Source of the DNA: Somniosus microcephalus
Lineage: Eukaryota
Direction: 5' to 3'
DNA: 64,000 nt
Assembly (NCBI GenBank): GCA_052327205.1
Contig: CM126223.1
Span: forward strand, 37,386,001 to 37,450,000
The notes below the pieces were generated by a model. It saw only the letters and a program-made list of their open reading frames with translations. It searched no databases and was not told the origin of the DNA. Positions 37,001 to 48,241 of this stretch are shown piece after piece. How positions within the stretch are numbered: the first letter of the stretch is position 1; every line of letters starts with the position of its first letter. Both the position numbers and the translations under genes were made by a program.

Positions 37001-40000
37001 CAGTCTAAAGAGAAAGCTGAACAAGAACCCCGACTTTCACGAAGACTACAAAGGCTTCATGAGAAACATCATAGCGAAAGGCTATGCTGTAAAAGTGCCC
37101 GAGGAACAGTTGAACAGAGACGATGGAAGGGTCTGGTACATTCCTCATCACGGTGTGTATCACCCAAAGAAGAAAAAGATCCGTGTAGTGTTTGACTGCG
37201 CCGCCTCATTCAGAGGAACTTCACTGAATGACCAGCTGCTTCAAGGTCCTGATCTTACTAATACCCTCATTGGCGTCTTGACTAGGTTTAGACAAGAGCT
37301 CGTTGCCATGATGGCAGACATAGAATCAATGTTCTACCAAGTCAGAATCCCTGATGAAGATGCTGATCTTCCGCGTTTCCTTTGGTGGCCAGATGGCAAC
37401 GTTAGTCAAGCGATGGTGGAATGTAGAATGGCCGTACACTTGTTCGGAGCCACATCATCTCCCAGCTGTGCAAGCTACGCTCTCAGAAAAACTGCAGAAG
37501 ATGGCAAAGGCAAAGCACCATCAGAGGCTGTGGAGACAATCTTCAGAAACTTTTATGTCGATGACTGTCTGAAGTCCATGTCAACAGAAGACGATGCCAT
37601 CGCACTGTCAAGAGACCTTAGAACTCTGTGTTCAAATGGAGGATTCCATCTGACTAAGTGGATAAGCAACAGCAGAGCAGTTCTAGCTTCTATCCCAGAA
37701 AAGGAAAGAGCCACTGAAGTCAAAGATCTGGACCTGAGCCACGATGTCCTTCCTATCGAGAGAGCTCTTGGTGTACAATGGTGCATTGAGTCAGACACGT
37801 TCAACTTCAGGATAATGGTGAACGAAAGACCATCCACAAGACGAGGGATTCTCTCCGTGGTCAGTTCCATCTACGACCCTCTTGGATTCCTGGCACCACT
37901 CATTCTGCCGGTGAAGCTGATGCTACGAGAGCTGTGTAGAGACAAGAGAGGATGGGATGAAGATATCCCAGAAGGTCAAGCTCAGAGATGGCACAGATGG
38001 CTGACAGATTTGCAACAACTTTCTAGCTTCAACGTCAGTAGATGCATCAAGCCCGTGAGTTTTGGAGTTACAAAGACGGCTCAACTACATCATTTCTCGG
38101 ACGCCAGTGAGGACGGCTATGGCACGGCTACTTACTTCTTGCTGACAAATCAACAGGGCCAGAAACATTGTGCCTTCCTCATGGGGAAATCCAGGGTGGC
38201 TCCGCTGAAGCAGGTCACCATCCCGAGACTGGAGTTGACGGCAGCGGTTGTTGCAGTTAAAGTTGACCAGGCGATGCGGAAAGAGTTACAGCTCCCACTA
38301 GAAGAATCTGTCTTCTGGACGGATAGCACGACGGTGCTGAAGTATATAGAGAATGAGAAGATACGCTTCAAGACCTTCGTAGCAAACAGAATCTCATCCA
38401 TTAGAGAAGCTACACAACCATCTCAATGGAGGTATGTAAACACCTCATTAAACCCAGCAGATCAAGCCTCACGGGGATTGAAGGCTGAAAACTTCATGAG
38501 GAGTGAAACTTGGATACAAGGCCCAAGTTATCTGCTGGAAACAGAGAGATCATGGCCAGAAAGACCAGATATGCCAAGTCAGATTGCTGAAGACGACGTC
38601 GAAGTCAAGAGATCAGTCACAGTAAATCTCATAACTACGAAAGAGAACTTTGACACAGTGAACAAGCTTGTTAACCATTTCTCAGGGTGGCACCAGTTGA
38701 GGAAAGCAGTTGCATGGTTTCTAAGGTTGAAAGAGTTGCTGCTACACCTGAGCGGTAAGAGAAAAGAGTACCGAGCCACTATCAGTCAGTCTGAAAGTAA
38801 CCCCGATAAGCAGAGAATGCTTCTACAGCAGTATATGCATCAGCACAAGACCACATTGGGTAAGAATTCATTGACCGTGGAGGATTTGGCCAAGGCTGAG
38901 ATGGAGATAGTTTGCTTCAGTCAAAGACAAAGATACCCAGAAGAAATCGAAGCTTTACAGCGAAATACTCCAATCAAGAAAGGTAGCCATATCTACAAGC
39001 TGGATCCTACACTGCAAGATGGAGTACTGAGGGTGGGAGGGAGACTAAGCAAATCTGCTATGCCAGAGGAGGCCAAGCATCCTGCTATCCTTTCTAAGGA
39101 CCTCCGGGTTGCTACTCTCATTCTTCAGCATATACACCAGAGTATTGGACACAGTGGGAGGAATCACGTGCTTGCGAAGCTAAGACAAAGATACTGGATT
39201 CCAGGAGCTAATTCTGTAATAAGAAAAATACTCTCTGAATGCATTGTTTGCAGACGGTTACACGCTAGAGCTGGGGAGCAGAAAATGGCAGACCTGCCTG
39301 AAGACCGTTTGTTACCAGACAAGCCCCCATTTACAAACGTAGGGGTGGACTATTTCGGGCCTTTCGAGGTAAAGCGAGGACGGAGCCTTGTCAAGAGGTA
39401 TGGTGTGCTTTTCACTTGTTTGACCATCAGAGCAGTTCATATTGAGGTGGCACACACGCTTGACACTGATTCCTGTATTAATGCCTTGCGGCGCTTTGTC
39501 TGTAGAAGAGGTCAGGTGTCCATGATGCGTTCTGATAATGGCACTAATTTCGTCGGAGCGGAGAGAGAACTACGGGAAGCTATTGAAGGTTGGAATCGGC
39601 TTAAAATACAGGAAGCCATGATGCAAACAGGAATTAAGTGGATCTTCAATCCTCCGGCTGCATCCCACCATGGAGGTGTCTGGGAATGACAGATACGCAC
39701 CGTAAGAAAACTACTCAGTTCTGTACTGAAGCAGCAAGCGCTCGACGACGAGGGACTCCAAACCGTTCTGTGCGAGGTCGAAGCCATCATTAATGACCGA
39801 CCGATAACTAAGACATCAGATGATCCCAATGACCTCGAAGCCCTGACTCCGAACCACCTGTTGTTGTTGAAAACACAGCCAGCCATGCCCCAGGGAGTCT
39901 TCAAAAAGGAAGATCTGTATGCCCGTCGGAAGTGGAGGCAAGTTCAGTATATGTCAGACCTTTTCTGGACCAGATGGACAAGAGAATACTTACCTCTGCT

Positions 40001-40223
40001 ACAGGAGCGTCAAAAATGGTCCAAAATAAAGAGGAACTTCATTGTCGGAGACATTGTCTTAATCGTGGATGATTCAGCCCCTAGAAATTCTTGGTTGATG
40101 GGAAAAATAATTAAGACCATGCCAGACCCCAGAGGCGTCGTTCGTCGCGTTTGTTTGCAAACCAAGACCAGTACCCTGGAAAGACCGATCACAAAGCTCT
40201 GCCTGCTACAAGAAGCAGCGTGA
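34093..40223 (+). pseudogene. BEL/Pao gag-pol polyprotein with about three frameshifts and one stop
   Basis: ORFs 34093-34653, 34664-34996, 34894-35877, 35874-39689 and 39861-40223; three Cys-His clusters, DPGS protease, YIPHHGV, FYVDD, HHFSDAS, VDYFGP, RSDNGTNF; TGA at 39687. Confidence 0.95.
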
Positions 40224-40344
40224 AAAGTTCCTGAACGAAAAAAGTGGACACTTATATTGTAAATATGTTGAACTCATTAGTTTATGACTCTTAATGTTTG
40301 AGTAATTGATACGCTTCATGTGCCTAGTCAATTAGGGGCTGGAA

Positions 40345-40777
40345 TGTAAGAGCCATAAAAGCTTAAGAAAATACTTTAAAATATTGGTTAAATAGCATAA
40401 TACAGTTAATTTACCTGATTGACTTATTGTATTAAGAAACCCCCTATTTTCTTGCTCCAGTAGTATAGTCCGAGACACCCCCTTCATTCTTGCCACAATG
40501 GTACAGTCCCTAAGCCACACATGGTATGCAGCCATTTTACAGTTTAAACTCCACGTGGCTGAAGGAGGCAGAAGTTGTGAGGTTTGGAGCAATACAGTTT
40601 TTGACCGTGTTCGTTTATACGTGTTTGCTTTGTAATTCCGTTTGTGAAGTGTTATAGTAAACAGTTTAAAAGACAAAGCTACGTTTGGGAACGTTTTATT
40701 TCGACACGCGTCTACTCGTTGTTAACAGCCCCACAGCTCAGTGGCTGCCTGTTTGGAAACTAAGAAGCGCCACTACA
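40345..40777 (+). repeat. BEL 3' LTR (433 bp)
   Basis: Preceded by purine-rich aggggctggaa; differs from the 5' LTR by about two substitutions and a 2-bp indel (by eye). Confidence 0.97.
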
Positions 40778-42566
40778 ACTACAAATGTGTCAATCTGTCT
40801 GAGGCCATCGGTGTCTTTCGACAAATTCTTTAAACACAATTCAATATTCTTGGTCCTCAATAGAAAGGCATTTCATATACCCAAGCTGGCTCCTGTGCTG
40901 GCAGCTCCCTAGGGAGCTCCTTTGCCATCCTTGGCCATCCGTTGCTATCCTTTGCTCTTTTTCCCCCCAGTCTCCTCTCTTCTGCTGTTTAAGTTCCCCT
41001 GGCTCTAATAGTGGGTGCATTTTATCCCTAACTGCAAGTTCAAGCTGCAAGGTTAAAGTTACCTGAGCCCACTGCCCATCCCCCGACCATGCCTGTTCTT
41101 TGTTCTCAGTGAGCACTGGCTCTTCACTTAAGCTTAGCTCCCAAACTCCCAGACCTCTCTGCCGTCAAGACTATGCTTCTCCACTAGACTAATGATCTAG
41201 TGACTAGTGGATCGCAAGTGGAGTTCAGGGCCAGGGATCGCGAGAATATCAGTGTGAATTTGATCCTATGAGAGACAACATCATTCATGTCCGAGACCGG
41301 GACCCAGGAGCGAGGACGAGCCCAGCAGCGAGGTCAAGGCCCAGGAGTGGCGCAGCATGGACCAGCAGCGGGGTCGGGGCCCAGGGAAGGTGCGGCGCAG
41401 GCCAACAGCGAGGGCGGGAGGACCACAATGCAGCCTACGAAACCCAGGCAGAGAGGACCTGCAGGAAGGAGGGAGGAGGACAGTAGGAGTATGTTTGTGT
41501 GTGTGTGCTAGGCTGTTGTAGCAGAGCCCGGTCTCCAATCATCTTGGATCCCCTTGCCATTAGACCAAGACCTTGCTCTGTCAAGCCCGTGTGGTAGCTG
41601 GTGTGCAACGGCCACCCCACGTTAAAAGAATTCACGCACAGGCATCTTCCACCCTGTAAAATGAAGTTCGGGACCTGGAAAGTCAGGACACTCATGGACA
41701 ACCCCAACAGTGACAGGCCGTACTGCTATCATTGCCTGGGGGCTCAGACGTTTCAACATTGACATCGCCGCCCTAAGTGAGACCCGGCGGGCAGGGGAAG
41801 GCCAGCTCAAGGAGCAAGGCGGTGGCTACACCTTCTTCTGGAAAGGCAAACCTGAAGAACGCCGCCTCCATGGGGTAGGCTTCGCCATAAAAAATGAACT
41901 AGTTGGGCGTCTCAGAGACACTCCTAGTGGTATAAACGAGCGCCTCATGACTCTACGGCTCACCCTAGCCTGGAACCAGTGCGCTACGGTCATCAGTGCG
42001 TACGCCCCAACACTGGAAGCCACAGACGAGACCAAAGAGGAATTCTACTCCAGCCTCGAACAATCCCTGTCCCGAGTCCCAACGGGCGACAAGCTGATCC
42101 TCCTTGGAGACTTTAACGCCAGAGTTGGAAAGGACACTGACCTCTGGGGAGGTGTGATCGGCAGAGAGGGAGTAGGGAAAGCCAACTCCAACGATACCCT
42201 CCTCCTGTCGAAATGCTTAGAACATGGCCTTGTCATAACCAACACCTTGTTCCGTCAGAGAGACAAGTACAAGGCTTCATGGCAGCACCCTCGCTCCAAG
42301 CACTGGCACCTGCTGGACTACGTCATCGTCCGAGCGAGGGACCGCAAGGACGTCCGCATCACCCGCGCCATGACAGGAGCTGATGACTGCTGGACAGACC
42401 ACCGCCTAATGCACTCTGTCATCTCCATCAATGTAGCCCCAACATGGCTGCGGCAACAAGGCCGCAGGAAAATTAACGCTGGAGCACTCAAAGACCCCGC
42501 TAAGAAAGCCCTATTCAGCCTGCGCCTCACAAACAACCAGACGACTCCCAGTGATTCAGAGACAGA

Positions 42567-43398
42567 GGGCAGGATTTTCCTTGGGCCGTGGAGGCGGGAT
42601 TGGAGGAGTGTGGGGGGTTAAAATCTCGAAATCGGTGGGCACGAACCCATCCCGCCCCCAACCCGCCTCCATACCAGTTTCAAAGGAGGCGGATACCCGA
42701 CCTGTGCTGGGAGCCACCTCCCCGAGGCGGGAAGGGGATTAGTGCCAATTAACTGCCTGTTAACAGGAAGTTAACAGGCAGTTTTTAGCCTAATCCCTAT
42801 TTTTATTCCTAAAGTGTGGGATTCCCGATGGTTCCAAACCACGGCAAGTTAGCGAGGCAGGCCGTCGGGATGAAGGGCTTGGAGGGTTCGAGTTGTCCGG
42901 TGTTCAGGTGAGTGATGGTTGCATGAGTGCAGAGGTAAGTGTGTTTGGTGTGTGTAAAGTGTTTAAAGAAGTTTAATTACCTTTACTTACCTTTACAGCC
43001 TTCCTTCCTTCAGGTCTCGGGAGTCCCTCATCTCACCGGCACAGAAAGCAGAATGGCCGCGAGCTGTCAAAAATTGCAGTATTCAGCTTTCTGTTCCGGA
43101 GAGATCTCTAAATCAGCCTGAGAGGAAGGAATTAACTTGGAGTACAGATTGTCAGTGTTTAACAGCTTCAAAGAGCTGTCAAACGCTGATATTTCATCTG
43201 TCAAAAGCTCTTGACAGATGAAATGTCAATCTGTGACATCACCTGTTGCTGGGTGGCCCTTAATTGGCCTGCTGAGCCTGTTGGGCGGGCTCAACAAGGT
43301 CAAACAAATGAAAATCGAGTGGGTTGGCCACAACTCGATGGAGGCGGGACTACAACCCCGAAAGTTGTAGCCCCACCTCCAGTATCAAAATCCAGCCC
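42567..43398 (+). mobile_element. PIF/Harbinger-type MITE (832 bp)
   Basis: TIRs GGGCAGGATTTT / AAAATCCAGCCC, 3-bp TSD AGA; removing it restores the RTE sequence. Confidence 0.9.
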
Positions 43399-45508
43399 AG
43401 AGTGTCCACAGCGCCCGGTCTGCACTCAAGGCCTCCATAATCAGCACCTGTGAAGAGACGCTCGGTCACTCAACCAGGAAACACCAAGACTGGTTCAACG
43501 AGAACGACTAGGAGATCCAGGAGCTAATAAGCCGCAAGCGCAAGGCATTCCTGATCTGGAAACAGCAACAGAACTCGAGAGCAAGAAAGCAGCTCTACAG
43601 AAGCCTGAAGGCCAAGGTCCAACAAAAAACTCGCGACCTAAAGAACAGATGGTGGTTGGAGAAAGCGCAGGAGATCCAGCAGCTAGCCGACAACCACGAC
43701 GTGCATGGATTCTTTAGCGCAGTCAAGACCATCTATGGCCCAAGCACCCAAGGCCCTACCCCACTGCGGGCCAAGAATGGAGAGGTACTCATCAAGGACA
43801 GAGAGGCAGTCAGTGCCCGCTGAAAGGAGCACTTCGAAGATCTCCTTAACCGCGACTCTGTCTTCGACGCAAATGTCCTCAACTCCATCCTGCAGCATGC
43901 TACACGCTACCACCTCAGCACATCCCCAGCCCAGCATGAAGTTGAAAAGGCCATCCAACAACTGAAGAACAACAAGACCTCAGGAGCAGATGGAATCCCC
44001 GCCGAGGCACTAAAGCATGGCGGAGAAGCACTACTGGCGCGAATTCATGAACTCATTTCTCTTATCTGGAAGGAGGAGAGCATGCCAGGGAATCTCAGAG
44101 ATGCCATAATTGTGACCATCTTCAAGAAAGATGACAAGTCCGATTGTAGTAATTTCAGAGGAGTTTCCCTGCTGTCTGCCACAGGGAAAGTCATTGCAAG
44201 AATCCTCCTCAATCGCATTCTCCCAGTGGCCGAAGAGCTCCTCCCAGAGTCGCAATGTGGATTCCGCCCACTAAGGGGCACAATGGACATGATCTTCACC
44301 GCACGTCAATTACAAGAGAAATGCAGGGAACAGCACCAACCACTGTACATGGCCTTCTTTGATCTCAGAAAGGCCTTTGACACTGTTAACCGTGAGGGAT
44401 TATGGAGTGTCCTCCTCAAATTCGGCTGCCCTCAAAAGTTTGTCACCATCCTCCGCCTGCTTCATGACAACATGCAAACCGTGATCCTGACCAACAGTTC
44501 CACCACAGACCCAAGTCACGTACGAACCGGGGTCAAGCAAGGCTGTGTCATCGCACCAACGCTCGTCTCGATTTTCCTTGCTGCAATGTTCCATCTCACC
44601 CTCAGTAAGCTCCCTGCTGGAGTGGAGCTAATTTACAGAACAAACAGGAAATTGTTCAACCTCCGTCGCCTCTCGCCTCCAGTCCAGATCCAAGGTCGTC
44701 CCATCCTCTGTCGTCGAATTGCAGTATGCAGACGACGCTTGTGTCTGCACTCACTCGGAGGTCGAACTCCAAACCATCGTCAACACCTTCACCGAAGCGT
44801 ACGAGAGCATGGGCCTTACACTAAACATCCGTAAGACAAAGGTCCTCTACCAACCTGCCCCCGCCACACAGTACTGCCCCCCGATTATCAAAATCCACGA
44901 CAAGGTCTTGGAGAACGTGGACAACTTTCCATACCTCGGGAGCCTACGGTCAACAAGGGCAGACGTCGATGACAAAGTCCAACACCGTCTTCAGTGTGCC
45001 AGTGTAGCTTTCGGTCGCCTGAGGAAGAGTGTGTTTGAAGACCAGGACCTCAAACCTAACACTAAGCTCATGGTCTACAGAGTAGTAGTGATACCTGCCC
45101 TGCTGTATGCCTCAGAGACATGGACCATGTACAGCAGGCACCTCAAAGCGCTGGAGTGGTACCACCAACGCTGCCTCCGCAAGATCCTGTAAATCCATTG
45201 GTAGAATAGGCGCACCAATGTCAGTGTTCTTGCTTAGGCCAACATCCCCAGCATCGAAGCTTTGACCACGCTCGATCAGCTCCGATGGATGGGTCACATT
45301 GTCCGCATGCCCGATACAAGACTCCCAAAACTAACGCTCCACTCGGAGCTCCGGCACAGCGAGAGCCCCAGGTGGGCAGAGGAAATGCTTCAAGGACACC
45401 CTCAATGCCTCCTTGAAAAAGTGTAACATCCCCACCGACACCTGGGAATCCCTGGCCCAAGACCGCACAATGTGGAGGAGAAGCATCCGGGAAGGCGCCG
45501 AACACCTT

Positions 45509-46320
45509 GGGGTAGAAGGCGGGACTTCCCCTTTTGGGTTTTTGACCCGCCTACTTCAACGTCCAGCCAATCCGCGCGATTTTCCCTTGATTGACCTTGT
45601 TAAGCCCGCCCAGCGGGCTCAGCAGGCCAATTAAGGGCCACCCGGCAACAGGTGACGTTACAGACTGAAATGTCATCTTTCAAGAGTTCGTGACAGATGA
45701 AATATCAGTGTTTCACAGCTGTTTGAGGCGGTCAAACACTGACAGTCTGAGTTCTACCATGAGTCATTCTGCACAGACTCAGTTAGAACTCTTACCGGCA
45801 CTCAAAGCTGAAGGCTGTCACTTTTCACAGATCGCAGCCATTCAGCTTTCAGTTCCAGCTGAGTGATGGGCTCCCGACGGCTACAGGAAGAAAGGCTGTG
45901 AAGGTAAGTAAAAGTTCTTTACACACTTTAAACACACCAAACACACTTACCTTTACACTCATGCACCCATCACTCACCTGAGCGCCAACATCGCGACCCC
46001 TCCAACTCCTTCAACCCGACGGCCCGCCTGCTCTAACCTGGCGTGGTTTGGAGTCGTCGGGAAACCCACATAAAACCCCTCAAAATAGGGATTAGGCTAA
46101 AAACTGCCTGTTAATTACCCGTTAACAGGCAGTTAATTGGCACTAATCCCTTCCCGCCTGGTTTCGGCGGGTCCCAGTGCGGGGCGGGTACCCGCCACCC
46201 CTGAAACTTACGTGGGGCGGGGTTTTGGGCGGGATGGTGTCGGGACCCCCAAATTCGTGATTTCCCCCCCCCTCCCACATGCCTGAAACCCCGCCTGACG
46301 GCTCCACGAAAATCTAGCCC
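45509..46320 (-). mobile_element. PIF/Harbinger-type MITE (812 bp), inverted relative to the 42567 copy
   Basis: Ends GGGGTAGA / TCTAGCCC, 3-bp TSD CTT; same internal palindromes in reverse order. Confidence 0.88.
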
Positions 46321-46887
46321 CTTGAGTCTCTTCACCGGGAGCAAGCGGAAGCCAAGCGCAGGCAGCGCAAGGAGTGTACGTCAACCCAAGCACCCCACCC
46401 ACCCGCCCCTTCAACCACAGTCTGTCCCACCTGTGACAGACTGTAGGTCCCGCATTGGACTCATCAGTCACCTGAGAACTCATTTTTAATGTGGAAGCAA
46501 GTCATCCTCAGTTCCGAGGGACTGCCCGAGAAGATTTCATGGAACAATTCAAAACATTTCCTCGCACTTGAGGCTCTACAGAAAAAAAAGTGTGAATTTA
46601 AACCAACTAAAGCTTTGTATGCAACCTGTCAAGTCTCACTTATTCTCAACAACAGTCACTGTTTAGGAGAAAAATTGCTACCTCTGAGTGTCTTGATATA
46701 AAAAAAACCCCAGTGCTGTTTACTGCGATGGGTTTGGAATCCAGGAACCACATCATTTTTAAGTACTGTTTTATGCATGCATATCAGACATTGCTGAAAT
46801 ATTTTGCTGTTTCTGCTCCACTCCCCCTAAAATAGAATACTAATGAGTCTAGATTTCACTCACTGCCTGCCATTTGCACACATTACT

Positions 46888-47165
46888 TAGAATCATAGAA
46901 TCAAAGATAGTTACAGAATGGAAGAGGCCTTTGTCCCATCTATGCTGGTGTCTTTCTCCATGAGTTTCCAAGTCTAATCCCACTCTCTTGCATGGCCCCA
47001 TCGCCTTTAATATTCCTCTTTTTCAAGCAAATATTTCATTCCCACTTAAGAATTCTATGGGCCCTGCTTTTACAATGGCCTGTGGCAGAGAATTCCACAT
47101 TCTAATCACCCTCTGGATGAAGACCTTTTTGCTAACCTGCCTTTTAATTCTTTTTGCGATTGCCT
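46888..47165 (-). mobile_element. Old CR1 3' fragment
   Basis: tagaatcatagaatc tail and tgtggcagagaattccacattctaatcaccctctgg. Confidence 0.7.
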
Positions 47166-47924
47166 TAAATATGTTTCTCTTTATGGCAGCCATTTTTTAA
47201 ATACCTTCTCTCCCCTAAATCATTGCTTTTTCTTTGTACAAGTACAGTATATTTTTACATGCATATATGTCATAGTCACTGTGCACTTTGTCACACAGTA
47301 CTTACAAAGGGATACATTGGTACTTTGAAGTTCTTGTACATTGTCCACACTGGGAACAATGCATCATTTGATTAGTATAATTTGGCTGGTCTAGGAGGCA
47401 TCAAGGGTCTTATAAATTTGGTGATTGCCATGTAGGGTTTGGGCATCGTCTTTTGTGCAGCAATAGGATTAGTTTTGACTTCATTCAGATTTTCTTGGGG
47501 AATAGGCTGGCTCTGGGTGGCATGTGGGCTTCCATGATTGTGCTTTCACACTGCCTGGCATTTTCCAGGTTCCAGAGGGAGCAATAAACCAGACTCTTTG
47601 ACTGGCATACGTCCCACAAATGTTTCACCCAGGTCTGTTGAGAGAAAAACTTTTGTCAGTGTGGAGGAGATGGATCATCTTGTAGCTCGTGGAGGTGGAC
47701 CTTCTGGATAGCTGCCAGAAAGGCTAAAGGAGGGGGGCAGGACCAGAATGTACACAGCAATGTGCTCCCATGGCTGCAGTACTTCTGCATTTATCTCCCA
47801 CAGAGGGATGAAATTTATGGACCAGAGTCAGGTGTCAATGTATTATCTTGAGCTGCCCCCCCACCAATTTTGCTGTGGGTGGTAGTTTGTAAGGGTTTGC
47901 TTCCATACTTTGCTCCATTCCTCC

Positions 47925-48135
47925 TATAGTAATCTGGGATGTTATGATTAAGGTTATCCACCAGGTGGTGCTGTAGCCAGTGCTGACACTAGTTTTAGGA
48001 GGGAAGCTCATTCGAGTGTGGAATGCAAAGGATACAGGCCTGTATGTTGTTACCCAGTTGTTTAATAAAGTACCTGGACTAATTCTAAGATATCGCCTCT
48101 TCGAGTTCCTTGTTTCACTACATGGATTTATCACA
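47925..48135 (+). repeat. Gypsy-2 5' LTR
   Basis: TATAGTAATC...TTATCACA with AATAAA; five substitutions versus the 3' LTR (by eye). Confidence 0.95.
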
Positions 48136-48137
48136 TT

Positions 48138-48148
48138 TGGCGACGAGG
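48138..48148 (+). promoter_or_regulatory. Primer-binding site, tRNA-Ser(GCU)-type
   Basis: TGGCGACGAGG two bases after the LTR. Confidence 0.8.
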
Positions 48149-48241
48149 TAAAAAGGACCCTGAATAAAGAAGAGAAGTCTGCCGGGACTGTAAAAAAAAC
48201 CAAACTTACGAGCTAAAGTTAGCTGCAAATTGGACGAGAGC

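Larger units (their letters stand above)
33500..40777 (+). mobile_element. Full-length BEL/Pao LTR retrotransposon
   Basis: Two TG...CA LTRs, perfect 5-bp TSD ACTAC (33495-33499, 40778-40782), single gag-pol with domain order PR-RT-RH-IN. Confidence 0.97.
41130..46533 (+). mobile_element. RTE-clade LINE, near full length, decayed, carrying two MITE insertions
   Basis: ATG 41661; APE domain (LSETR, YAPT, GDFNA, TDHR), RT (GVKQGC, QYADD), C-terminal CPTC...SHLRTH; 5' boundary approximate. Confidence 0.92.

Noticed and set aside
34093-40223. Programmed frameshifting or in-trans mobilisation explaining the broken BEL ORF
   Set aside because: A few lesions over 6 kb are compatible with the low LTR divergence or sequencing indels; the stop looks like CGA-to-TGA decay.
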